Part shown: positions 15,132 to 23,387 of the stretch, in pieces | Layout of the letters: every line of letters begins with the position of its first letter | Position numbering within the stretch: position 1 is the first letter of the stretch | Assembly (NCBI GenBank): GCA_049511795.1 | Contig: JBEKXS010000001.1 | Coordinates: 150,001 to 182,000 of the forward strand | Source of the DNA: Candidatus Saccharimonadota bacterium | GTDB taxonomy: Archaea; Nanobdellota; Nanobdellia; Pacearchaeales; GW2011-AR1 | Reading direction: 5' to 3' | DNA: 32,000 nt | Made by a program: the position numbers and the translations under genes | Notes under the pieces: generated by a model | The model's database searches: none | The model's input: only the letters and a program-made list of their open reading frames with translations | Told to the model about the DNA's origin: nothing

Positions 15132-15527
15132 TTAAACATCAACTTCTGTGCATTCAAGCGGGCCATATATGCCAAGATAGAATGTTGTTCTATTAACAAG
15201 GTCAAATTCTTCACCTTTATGTGGAGTTTTTTCTCCATTAAATCTTGTCCCGTTTGTAGAATTAAGGTCTTTATAGCGATAAAAATCTCCAACTTTTTTT
15301 ATTACTCCATGTTCTCCTGAAACAGTTCCTAAAGTTGAGAGGCTTTTTGCAGATAACACTCTTTGTTCTTCTGTCTTAGTCATTTCATAAAGCTGGTCAA
15401 AATCACCTACTTGTATTCTTGCCTTCCCTCCTAACCTGCCAATAGTTACTTCATGATGTTGTTCTACTAAATCTGTCAAATCCCATTTTTTCCCTGCATT
15501 ATCATCTTTTAATATTAAGTGTTTCAT
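15132..15527 (-). CDS. Minimal FHA-domain protein (paralogue 1)
   Basis: TIGRLGGKARI, VSGEHGVI and NSTNGTRFNGEK. The C-terminus LGIYGPLECTEVDV parallels that of the downstream paralogue. Confidence 0.8.
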   Translation of the reverse strand: MKHLILKDDNAGKKWDLTDLVEQHHEVTIGRLGGKARIQVGDFDQLYEMTKTEEQRVLSAKSLSTLGTVSGEHGVIKKVGDFYRYKDLNSTNGTRFNGEKTPHKGEEFDLVNRTTFYLGIYGPLECTEVDV

Positions 15528-15530
15528 TTT

Positions 15531-15752
15531 TCACCCCATGTACTTAGAACTTTTCTTTTTATCGGTCAGCGCAAAGTATGCTGCTATAGGTAATCCAACA
15601 AGTGCCTTAGCACAAAAAGTAACTCCATGCACTATTTTTTCCAGTGTTGGTGTTTTTGATAAATCATAAGCTACGGCTTCTCTGAACCCATATTCTCTAA
15701 CATATTCTGGAAAATTCCAGAAATTGTAAGAATCACTGTTTGTGTTTGTCAT
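15531..15752 (-). CDS. Small hypothetical protein with one C-terminal TM segment
   Basis: 73-aa ORF exactly filling the slot between the TrmB-like and FHA genes (3-nt gaps on both sides). Hydrophobic stretch FCAKALVGLPIAAYFAL. Confidence 0.5.
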   Translation of the reverse strand: MTNTNSDSYNFWNFPEYVREYGFREAVAYDLSKTPTLEKIVHGVTFCAKALVGLPIAAYFALTDKKKSSKYMG

Positions 15753-15755
15753 TTT

Positions 15756-16538
15756 TTAATTCACTCCTTCAACAGCTTTCTCAAAAAGGACTGTGAAAGC
15801 TTGGGCAAAGAAATCAGAATTAAGCCAGATTGCTGTGTCGTCAGGGCCTGAGTTTTTTGAAAGGTAGAAAAGAATTTCTTTTCTGTCAACTATGAAGAAT
15901 TTGGCTTCAACATCAACGCTTTTTATTTTTACTCCAAGCTCTTTTTCTACTTTTCTTACAAGCTTTTCATCGCCTGAAAGAGCCATCTTAACCTTTATTC
16001 CATTTCTTCCAAGATTCTGGATTGTCTGCTTGAAAAGATTTAGCTTGTAATTTATGTCTTCTGCGTTTGTGCAAATAAGAACTTCTTTTTCCGCATTCTG
16101 CAAAATTTCCTTCAAATAATTTGAAATATTTGATCTTCCTTTTATTGCAGCTGAAAGGTCTTCTTTCTTGACAGGCCTTAAACCTTCCTTGTAGATTTCC
16201 TCAAGTTTCATGAATTCGTCTGTTGATTTTATATTTGAAAGTGTGACAATTCTTTCCTCTGCATCTGAACGAACATTGTTCTTCATCTTTTCAATTATCA
16301 TATGTGGCTTGACGCCTATGTATTTAACTGGTTTTCCAAGTTTTACGATTGCAAAACCCTTTTTCTCAAGGCTTTCCAAAACATCATATGTTCTTGAACG
16401 TGGAACACGGGATAATTCTGCAATTTCTCCTGCAGAAGCAATTCCTTTTCCAAGCAAAGCTAGCCAAACCTTTGTTTCATAGATATTAAGGTCAAAGTAA
16501 TCCTTAATTCTGCTTATGAGTTCTTGTTTTACGAGCAT
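15756..16538 (-). CDS. trmB: TrmB-family transcriptional regulator (wHTH plus TrmB C-terminal domain)
   Basis: N-terminus YETKVWLALLGKGIASAGEIAELSRVPRSRTYDVLESLEKKGFA is a typical TrmB wHTH. Length 260 aa with a C-terminal TrmB-like domain. Confidence 0.85.
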   Translation of the reverse strand: MLVKQELISRIKDYFDLNIYETKVWLALLGKGIASAGEIAELSRVPRSRTYDVLESLEKKGFAIVKLGKPVKYIGVKPHMIIEKMKNNVRSDAEERIVTLSNIKSTDEFMKLEEIYKEGLRPVKKEDLSAAIKGRSNISNYLKEILQNAEKEVLICTNAEDINYKLNLFKQTIQNLGRNGIKVKMALSGDEKLVRKVEKELGVKIKSVDVEAKFFIVDRKEILFYLSKNSGPDDTAIWLNSDFFAQAFTVLFEKAVEGVN

Positions 16539-16539
16539 T

Positions 16540-16887
16540 TTATTGTGTCTCCCTTCCTGTTACAGAATCAACATACAAGAAAATTCTAGGTTTTGCTGTT
16601 GGCAAAGCATATTGCAAAACCCCGGGCAATGACCAAACAGAATCTGCCGTAGAAATATTATAGGAATTTAGTAATTTGTCTATTTTTTTATATTCAGTCG
16701 GTTTATTAAGTCCTATAAATATATCCATAGCTCCCTCTCTTTGCTCCATTAATTGGACACTCCCAAATCTTCTTAATCTAGCTATTCTTCCAATCATTGC
16801 TAATGAACTTTTGGATTTTGGACCTTTTTCTTTTAGAAAAAAGTTCTGTCCGTCTTTTACCAATTCAGATAATGTTTTTCTTTTCAT
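16540..16887 (-). CDS. Hypothetical protein (115 aa from ATG 16887)
   Basis: ATG 16887 lies 1 nt after the upstream stop (TAAAATG junction). The TTG at 16914 in the ORF track is probably only an extension. Its stop lies 1 nt before the TrmB ATG. No family recognised. Confidence 0.55.
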   Translation of the reverse strand: MKRKTLSELVKDGQNFFLKEKGPKSKSSLAMIGRIARLRRFGSVQLMEQREGAMDIFIGLNKPTEYKKIDKLLNSYNISTADSVWSLPGVLQYALPTAKPRIFLYVDSVTGRETQ

Positions 16888-16888
16888 T

Positions 16889-17299
16889 TTATTGTCCTTG
16901 TCTCCTTTTTGCAAGGTCTTCTATACTTTGATCTGCCTCTCTCCTTCTTGAAAAATCATCTATTTTTTTTACTAAACTATCTCTTATACTTCTAAGTTTA
17001 CTAACTCTTTCATCAGCAGCGCTAATTCTTAATGGCTCTGAATATACTGGCTTGCCTAATCTTGGAGGTAATCTTGTTTCAGAAAGAACTTGTGAATAAC
17101 CATATGAACTTATAACATGTCCTAGTTGCTGAACATCATATCCTTTCTCATCGGTTGTCAAAAGCAAAGTCCCATAATCTCTAGATTTTCCTTCTGTAAA
17201 TGCAGCTACAATTACACCATGAACTTCTTTAGATATATTTTCAGCTAAATCATTTGGGCTGATTTTTGCTGTTGATTTTCTTTGTATTTCTATTCTCAT
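16889..17299 (-). CDS. Hypothetical protein (136 aa), first gene of the FHA/TrmB operon
   Basis: ORF with a TATA-like box (plus 17321-17330) about 25 nt upstream. It has a charged, helix-like C-terminal tail (SKLRSIRDSLVKKIDDFSRRREADQSIEDLAKRR). No family recognised. Confidence 0.55.
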   Translation of the reverse strand: MRIEIQRKSTAKISPNDLAENISKEVHGVIVAAFTEGKSRDYGTLLLTTDEKGYDVQQLGHVISSYGYSQVLSETRLPPRLGKPVYSEPLRISAADERVSKLRSIRDSLVKKIDDFSRRREADQSIEDLAKRRQGQ

Positions 17300-17403
17300 A
17301 TTTTCCCAAAAATGTTCTGGTTTATAAATCTTATGGTTTTGTTATCCTTTATTAGTTACAACATTATAGGAATATTTAAAAAGTTAGAAAATTGAAAAAC
17401 GTT
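17300..17403. promoter_or_regulatory. Divergent promoter region of the FHA/TrmB operon and the small plus-strand ORF
   Basis: tttataaatc at 17321-17330 (read on the minus strand as gatttataaa) is 22-30 nt from ATG 17299. atatttaaaa at 17372-17381 is about 25-30 nt from ATG 17404. Both spacings fit leaderless transcripts. Confidence 0.45.
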
Positions 17404-17679
17404 ATGGGATTAATCAGAAAAATAAAGGGAATTAGACTTGCTTATGAAGCAGGAAAATACCTTGGTAAGAAAGAACAGGAATTATTTAGTGTATATGACA
17501 AACAAGGGATAATGGTTGTGGAACATATGGACGGAAGAATGTGGATTCAGCCACATACGGAGGAAATTGTCAAAATGATGGAAAATAGAAGTAAACTAGG
17601 TTTTTTAGAAGGGTTCGCTTTTAATATTGGATGGAGCGATAATCTTCCTAATCTTACAAAATTAGGTAGCTTGCAATAA
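17404..17679 (+). CDS. Hypothetical small protein (91 aa), divergent from the FHA/TrmB operon
   Basis: ATG 17404 is preferred to TTG 17392 because of TATA spacing. The 3' end overlaps the presenilin-like gene's 3' end by 26 nt. No family recognised. Confidence 0.4.
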   Translation: MGLIRKIKGIRLAYEAGKYLGKKEQELFSVYDKQGIMVVEHMDGRMWIQPHTEEIVKMMENRSKLGFLEGFAFNIGWSDNLPNLTKLGSLQ

Positions 17680-18601
17680 TTCCAACAAGAATTCCTGCTG
17701 TTATGAAAGGCATTGCGGGATAAAACTTCTTTTTCTCAGCTGCAAAGAACAAGTAAGTCAAGCCAAGAGTTGCTCCAAGAATAACAAATAAGGCAGAAAC
17801 AATTCCCAAGGTCATGAACATAACTCCTGCTGTTATTATAGGGAATACAACATCTCCGCCGCCAAGAATTGCAACATTAACTTTTATTTTCTTCTTTTTC
17901 AGTTGTGATTTTGACATTGTTTTTTTCCAAGATTTTATCTGAGACCTTTGCTGTTTTGATACATAAGGAACAAAGAATCCTGAAAATATTTTGAGAGTAT
18001 TTATCTGGTATTTTGCCATGCGCTGCATTACTCCTGAATGCCAAACAGCCCACATATCATAAATAGAAATTAATATAAGAAGAGCAACAACTGTCCAGAC
18101 ATTAAGTATTGGCACAAAAACAGTCGCAATTCCTGGATAAATCAAAAGCTCTGTAAGATTATGAACAAGGAAACTTTTCCCAGATATTTTTACAAATGCA
18201 AGAATAAGAGAAATAGCAAGGGCTGTAAAGAAAATAACTTGCTGGCTAATATTAAGATTCAGGTTTTTGGCAATTGCCATGAATGAAAGAAGAAGAGCAA
18301 TTGTTATTACAGAGAAAAACCAGATTTTGAGCAAATAAGTTACTTGAGACCTCATTAGCAATATCAGAAGAAGAATTGCAAGAACGAATGCAAATACAAG
18401 ATAAACGAGAGAGCTGTTGAAATCTGCTTGCGTCTGAGCAGGAGGAGGATTAATCCATTCCAGATAGGGATTTGGAACTGTCCCGTTTGCCTGGGTTTGC
18501 TGAGTTGTGAATGGATTTGAACTTATTACATAAAGCCCAATAAGTTGCGTGGCTACAAACATTGAAAGAAGAAGTGCTGTTATTTTCAGATTGTGCTTCA
18601 T
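17654..18601 (-). CDS. Presenilin / signal-peptide-peptidase-like intramembrane aspartyl protease (archaeal PSH type)
   Basis: Polytopic membrane protein with YD (SIYDMWAVW, aa 181-182), GxGD (ILGGGDVVFP, aa 247-250) and a PAL-like motif (YPAMPF, aa 295-297) in the order typical of family A22. Confidence 0.8.
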   Translation of the reverse strand: MKHNLKITALLLSMFVATQLIGLYVISSNPFTTQQTQANGTVPNPYLEWINPPPAQTQADFNSSLVYLVFAFVLAILLLILLMRSQVTYLLKIWFFSVITIALLLSFMAIAKNLNLNISQQVIFFTALAISLILAFVKISGKSFLVHNLTELLIYPGIATVFVPILNVWTVVALLILISIYDMWAVWHSGVMQRMAKYQINTLKIFSGFFVPYVSKQQRSQIKSWKKTMSKSQLKKKKIKVNVAILGGGDVVFPIITAGVMFMTLGIVSALFVILGATLGLTYLFFAAEKKKFYPAMPFITAGILVGIIASYLIL

Positions 18602-18616
18602 TTTATCTTATTTATT

Positions 18617-20503
18617 TTATCGTAATCTTAAAGTTTCCAAAACACGCGGAACATTTGTCTCAACATGATTTAATTTGTAGAGAGCAGAAGCAAGGTCCAG
18701 GCATTTTGAAACTTCACCGTGATTTATCATTATTCTTTTTGGCTTTGGTCTTATGTTGTTGAAAAAACTAATTATTTCATTTCTTCCTGCATGTGCAGAC
18801 AATCCAGCAATAGTATGAATTTCAAGATTTATCTTTACATTTTCCTCATGTCCTTCATAAATCATTTTTGTATCTTTCAAGCCTTCCTGAACTTGACGGC
18901 CTAGAGAGCCGACACCTTGATAACAGACAAACATTATTGAATTTTTTTCGTTTCCTGCAAATTCACGGAAATATTCAACAGAAGCTCCACCGACAAGCAT
19001 ACCTGATGTTGCGAGAACAACACATGGACCGCCTTCAACAACTTTTTTTCTTTCCTGTGGTGATCCAACACGAGAGAAAATATCTGAAACAAAAGGATTT
19101 TGGTCCTGGAAAATAGAAGTACGGATTTTGCTGCTCAAAAAATCAGGATAAGCTGTATGGATTGCATTAATATCCCATATCATTCCATCAATATAGACAG
19201 GAATTTTTTTCATCTTTCCCTCTTTTATTGCGTCATCTATAATAAGCATTGTTTCCTGTGCTCTTCCAAGTCCAAGTTCTGGGATAAGAATTTTTCCGCC
19301 CCGCTCTATTGTCTTGTTTATTATTTCAATCATTTTTTCCTCTGATTCAACCCTTGGTGGGAGAATATCTGTCTTTGCTCCATAAGTTGCTTCTGTAAGA
19401 ACAGATTCAATTCTTGGGAAAGATGCAACAGCTGGATCCAAAAGTCTTGTTCTTGTATATTTGTAATCTGCACTATAAAGGAAATTGTGCAAACCGTTTC
19501 CAATATTGAAATGCACCATTGCGCTTCCTAAAGCATGACCTGAATTGTAAAATGTTATTCTTATATCAGGAGCTATGTCTGTTACTTCATTGAAATTCAG
19601 GCAGACAGTGTGCTTAACCATTTCCTTGATATCCTTTGAACTGTATAAAGGCGTTGCAGCCTGTTTGTATGCAACTCCAATAAAATCAAGGCAAAGAAGC
19701 GCAGCAACATCCATTGTAGGCGCTGTCATGTAAACGGGACCCTTAAATCCCATTTTGTAAAGATAAGGAAGAAGACCAACATGGTCAAGATGAGCGTGGC
19801 TTAGAATTACAGCATCAAGCTGCTGAATATTAAATTCTGGAATGTCAAAATAAGGAAATTTATCTTTTCCATGGCCTGCAACATTTATTCCGCAATCAAG
19901 AAGAACTTTTGAATTTGGAGTTTGCAGAAGAAGACAGCTTCTTCCGACCTCACGAGCACTTCCAAGCAAAGTCAGTCTTACCCATTCTTCAACTTTTTCT
20001 GGATTCCATCCTTTGTAAATTTTCTCGCCAATTTCATTCAGGAATTTTCTTCTGTAATTGTTGTTTGCATAAAGAACCTCACGAATATTTTCTGTAATCT
20101 GGCTTTTTATCGCAGGGCTTCTTTGAACCTGCGGAGTCCAAAGTGTTGTCTTTTTTATTTCATCAAGAATGCTTCCTTGTTTTCCTATAACCATTCCTGG
20201 CCTTTTTGCCTCTATAACAACAATGCTTCTGTGATAATCAAAAATTATGTTTGTAAGTTCTGCTTCTGCAGGAACTATTTTCTGTATTTCCTCTTTTGCT
20301 TTTTCCTGCTCATGAAGAATTTTTTGGTCTGCACGGAGCTCAATCCTTTTCTTGATTTCATTAACAAGCTCTTTTATCTTTGACTCGCCTTCTTTGAAAA
20401 AATTCTCATTATCTGTGTAAAGGACAATGTTAGCTCCTTCAAAATTAGCTTCTGTTATGCTGCTCTGCAGTTTTTCAGTTATATGTTTTAGAATGTCTGT
20501 CAT
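18617..20503 (-). CDS. fttA: aCPSF1 / FttA (KH-domain beta-CASP ribonuclease, transcription termination factor)
   Basis: N-terminal KH-type region (VVIEAKRPGMVIGKQGSIL), metallo-beta-lactamase HxHxDH (ILSHAHLDHVG) and a beta-CASP C-terminal half. The 628-aa length is typical of aCPSF1. Confidence 0.9.
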   Translation of the reverse strand: MTDILKHITEKLQSSITEANFEGANIVLYTDNENFFKEGESKIKELVNEIKKRIELRADQKILHEQEKAKEEIQKIVPAEAELTNIIFDYHRSIVVIEAKRPGMVIGKQGSILDEIKKTTLWTPQVQRSPAIKSQITENIREVLYANNNYRRKFLNEIGEKIYKGWNPEKVEEWVRLTLLGSAREVGRSCLLLQTPNSKVLLDCGINVAGHGKDKFPYFDIPEFNIQQLDAVILSHAHLDHVGLLPYLYKMGFKGPVYMTAPTMDVAALLCLDFIGVAYKQAATPLYSSKDIKEMVKHTVCLNFNEVTDIAPDIRITFYNSGHALGSAMVHFNIGNGLHNFLYSADYKYTRTRLLDPAVASFPRIESVLTEATYGAKTDILPPRVESEEKMIEIINKTIERGGKILIPELGLGRAQETMLIIDDAIKEGKMKKIPVYIDGMIWDINAIHTAYPDFLSSKIRTSIFQDQNPFVSDIFSRVGSPQERKKVVEGGPCVVLATSGMLVGGASVEYFREFAGNEKNSIMFVCYQGVGSLGRQVQEGLKDTKMIYEGHEENVKINLEIHTIAGLSAHAGRNEIISFFNNIRPKPKRIMINHGEVSKCLDLASALYKLNHVETNVPRVLETLRLR

Positions 20504-20556
20504 TTTTCTTTTTTATACCTTAATAATAATTTTCCGACCCGAAAAATATTTTTAGC

Positions 20557-21219
20557 TTATTTTTTATCCTTATACTCAGGAATAATATCTTGATCAACAA
20601 CCTTTTTTATTCCGTCCTTGGTAATTGTAAAGACTTCAATACCTAATCCTGAATATAAATCCCTTTGTGTAGATGACTTCAAAGACTCTATTGCTAATTC
20701 AACCCCCTCTTTTATAGAAATTCCATGCTTATACTGTCTTTCAAGAAATCCTATAACAAAAGTCATACCACTCCCATCTGCATCAAATTTCTCTACATCC
20801 ATTATTGTTCCATCTGGACCTATAGTATAAAGTCCGAAGGAGCCATCTTCATTAACTCCTCCAAAAAAACTTGCAACAATTGAAGGAACCATTGAAGGCT
20901 GTCTTATTGATGAATAGGTTAGAGAAGATAACAAACTTGCTGCTTTTCTTATTTCTGGTCTTGATCTACTTCTTAATTCATCTAATTTTAATTCAGCTGC
21001 CAAAATTTTTGCTAGTCTTTGAGCATCAGCAGCCTGACCTGCATAAGACATAAGACTGTAATCATTAATCTTAACTATTTTATTAAATTTATTTCCTTTA
21101 ACGTTGCCTTGAGTAACTTGCCTATCTGCAGCCATTACAATTCCGTCTTTGCAGACAATTCCAAGAATTGTAGTTCCAGTCTTTAAAATTGAGTTTTTTA
21201 TTTCAGTATTTGTTTCCAT
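20557..21219 (-). CDS. psmB: Proteasome subunit beta
   Basis: Short propeptide followed by G-TTILGIVCKDGIVMAADRQ (Ntn-hydrolase Thr after Gly). Length 220 aa. Confidence 0.9.
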   Translation of the reverse strand: METNTEIKNSILKTGTTILGIVCKDGIVMAADRQVTQGNVKGNKFNKIVKINDYSLMSYAGQAADAQRLAKILAAELKLDELRSRSRPEIRKAASLLSSLTYSSIRQPSMVPSIVASFFGGVNEDGSFGLYTIGPDGTIMDVEKFDADGSGMTFVIGFLERQYKHGISIKEGVELAIESLKSSTQRDLYSGLGIEVFTITKDGIKKVVDQDIIPEYKDKK

Positions 21220-21325
21220 TTTATTTTTAACCTAGTTATCTGATTATAATCTTTTATTTAATAACCTCAGAATCAACCTATGAAATGTTGGAAATCTTAT
21301 TTTATAAAGTTTTCGTTGCCTAATT

Positions 21326-23386
21326 CTAGATTAAATCCTCTGCGCTCAGCTTTGAGACACCATGCTCTTTTTTGAAGCGTATTACATTCTCAACAAAGCT
21401 TTCTATTTTTGGCTCATGGCTGACAATTATAAGCTGCTTTACTTCAAGCTGGCGCAAAACATCACGCATTTTGTCAAGCTGCTGTTCGCTAAACCCATCT
21501 GTTGGCTCATCCAAAATTACAACATCTTTTGTTTTTATCTTGCTAAGAAGTGAATTAACAACCTGATTGAGTGAAAGCCTGTAGGCAAGCGCAATTGCCG
21601 TCCTTTCTCCACCTGAAAGATAAGAATAATCTATTTCATAATCCTGATGGCGTATTATCGGTGTAAATTCCTCGTTAAGACTTACTTCAAAAACATCTGA
21701 AACAAGCATTGAGAACCATTCCGCAAACAACCTTGAAAATTCTGATTTCAGGCGCAACATAACATTTCTTTCTGCAAAAGAAATCAAAGAAACAAAGTTC
21801 TTTGAAATCCATTCCTCAAGCTTTGTTATTTTTTCAAGGCTTTCCCTTATTGCTTCTGTCTTTGCAATTCTTGCTTTCATTTCTTCTATCTGGCGAGAGA
21901 AGACCTCTATCTCTTTTTTCAGCTCGGCAACTTTTATTTCAGCAAGCCTTTCCTGCCTTTGAGCTTCTTTAAGTGATTTATCGCGCAATTCAAGAAGAGA
22001 ATCAAATTTTTTCAAATCAAAAACGTTTTTTGAGATGACATCTATGTGCTGATTCAAAAGGGTTATGTCTTTTTCAAGAAGTTCGTCTGATTTCTCTATT
22101 TCTTTAAGGCGAAGCCTTTTTGATTCAATTTCCTGGAATTTTACTTTTTTCAGCCTTAAATCAGAAAGCTCCTTTTCTTTTGCTACAATAAATTCCTCAA
22201 CTTTTATTATGCTCTCAATTATTCTTTTCTTATCAAGCATCAGCTCATCTGTTTTCTTCATGTTTTCTGCTATTTCTGATTCAAAATTGTTAAGCACGTT
22301 TGTCTTGTATACAGGACCAACATCCTGAAGGCATGTTGGGCAGATATCTATTTTTCTTATTTGCTCTCTTATTCTTCTTATTTCATCGGTTCTTATGTTC
22401 AATGAATTTATTTGTGAGCTGACCTTCAGGTTTTCTTCATTTATCTGGGATTTGTCTTTTTTCCTGAATTCTATCTGCTGTTCAAGCTCTTTTATTTTTG
22501 TTTCTTCAAACTCAAGGCTTTCTAATTCTTTTATCTGGGAAATAATCTGCTCCCTTGTTTTGTTGTTTGTGAATAATGCATCTTTTTTGTTAGCGACAAC
22601 AATTCTTGTTTTCTCAATTTCCTGCTGAAGCTTGTTTTTTTCATCTATCTTCTTGAAAACATCTTCTCTTTCTTCTTGTGCTTTTCTCATTTCCTCTGTT
22701 CTTAGGAAAAGTTCTCTTTCAACAGAAGCAAGATTGTGATATTTTGTTTCAACTTCCTCTTCTTTGGAAATCATTGCAGCTCTGTCTTCCTCCAGATTTT
22801 CAATCTGGCCTTCTTTCATTCTTTTTTCCTCTCTTAGCTTTGATGTAACAACTTCTGCGTTCTCTATTATTGTCTTGTATCTGTCAATTCCGAAAACATG
22901 TCTCAGGGCATTTATTCTTGTCTCGGGATCTTCAAGAATTATTTGCTTCATCTCTTCTTGAGGAGTGTAAACCGTGAATTTGTAAAGAATATTCTGTTTT
23001 TTTGAAAATTCTTTTGGATAATTCAAAAGTTCAAGAACTTTATCTTTAAGTTCTGTTACAGACATTTCTTTTTTTTCTCCGTCAATTGTTATAAAGCAAG
23101 AATCCTGAGAAACTGTTTTTCCTTTCCTGAGATTTCTTTCAAGAACAATTTCTTTTCCGTCAATATCAAGGCAAAGAACAACAGATCCTTCATTTGCCCC
23201 GTTTCTAAGGAGAGCTGTTCCTCTCTGGCCTGGCTGCAAACCAAAAAGAGCAAACTCAATTCCAAGAAGTATTGAAGTCTTACCAGAACCAATATCTCCT
23301 GATAAAAGCGTTGAGCCTTCGGGAAATACAATTTCCTGGGTTTCATAGCTCCTTATGTTGTTTAATGTTATTTTTTTAAGTCTCAT
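21326..23386 (-). CDS. rad50: Rad50 ATPase (short coiled-coil form, 686 aa)
   Basis: Walker A GDIGSGKTS, heptad-rich coiled coils, central zinc hook CPTC (nt 22331-22342, aa 349-352), signature LSGGERTAIALAYRL and Walker B VVILDEPT. Confidence 0.9.
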   Translation of the reverse strand: MRLKKITLNNIRSYETQEIVFPEGSTLLSGDIGSGKTSILLGIEFALFGLQPGQRGTALLRNGANEGSVVLCLDIDGKEIVLERNLRKGKTVSQDSCFITIDGEKKEMSVTELKDKVLELLNYPKEFSKKQNILYKFTVYTPQEEMKQIILEDPETRINALRHVFGIDRYKTIIENAEVVTSKLREEKRMKEGQIENLEEDRAAMISKEEEVETKYHNLASVERELFLRTEEMRKAQEEREDVFKKIDEKNKLQQEIEKTRIVVANKKDALFTNNKTREQIISQIKELESLEFEETKIKELEQQIEFRKKDKSQINEENLKVSSQINSLNIRTDEIRRIREQIRKIDICPTCLQDVGPVYKTNVLNNFESEIAENMKKTDELMLDKKRIIESIIKVEEFIVAKEKELSDLRLKKVKFQEIESKRLRLKEIEKSDELLEKDITLLNQHIDVISKNVFDLKKFDSLLELRDKSLKEAQRQERLAEIKVAELKKEIEVFSRQIEEMKARIAKTEAIRESLEKITKLEEWISKNFVSLISFAERNVMLRLKSEFSRLFAEWFSMLVSDVFEVSLNEEFTPIIRHQDYEIDYSYLSGGERTAIALAYRLSLNQVVNSLLSKIKTKDVVILDEPTDGFSEQQLDKMRDVLRQLEVKQLIIVSHEPKIESFVENVIRFKKEHGVSKLSAEDLI

Positions 23387-23387
23387 T

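Noticed and set aside
16889-16914. The 26-nt overlap between the 136-aa and 124-aa ORFs as a possible programmed frameshift or fusion.
   Set aside because: The overlap disappears if the second gene starts at ATG 16887, 1 nt after the upstream stop. That is the standard junction in this genome.
14677-17679. The FHA/TrmB block as a recently acquired genomic island.
   Set aside because: There are no mobility genes, flanking repeats or tRNA. By eye, codon choices such as Leu CTT usage in the FHA genes resemble the neighbours. Both borders overlap housekeeping genes. It looks resident rather than recently inserted.
20504-20556. Possible hairpin ttttc-cgacc-gaaaa between psmB and aCPSF1 as a terminator or regulatory element.
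   Set aside because: It has only a 5-bp, mostly A/T stem, which is indistinguishable from chance in this composition.
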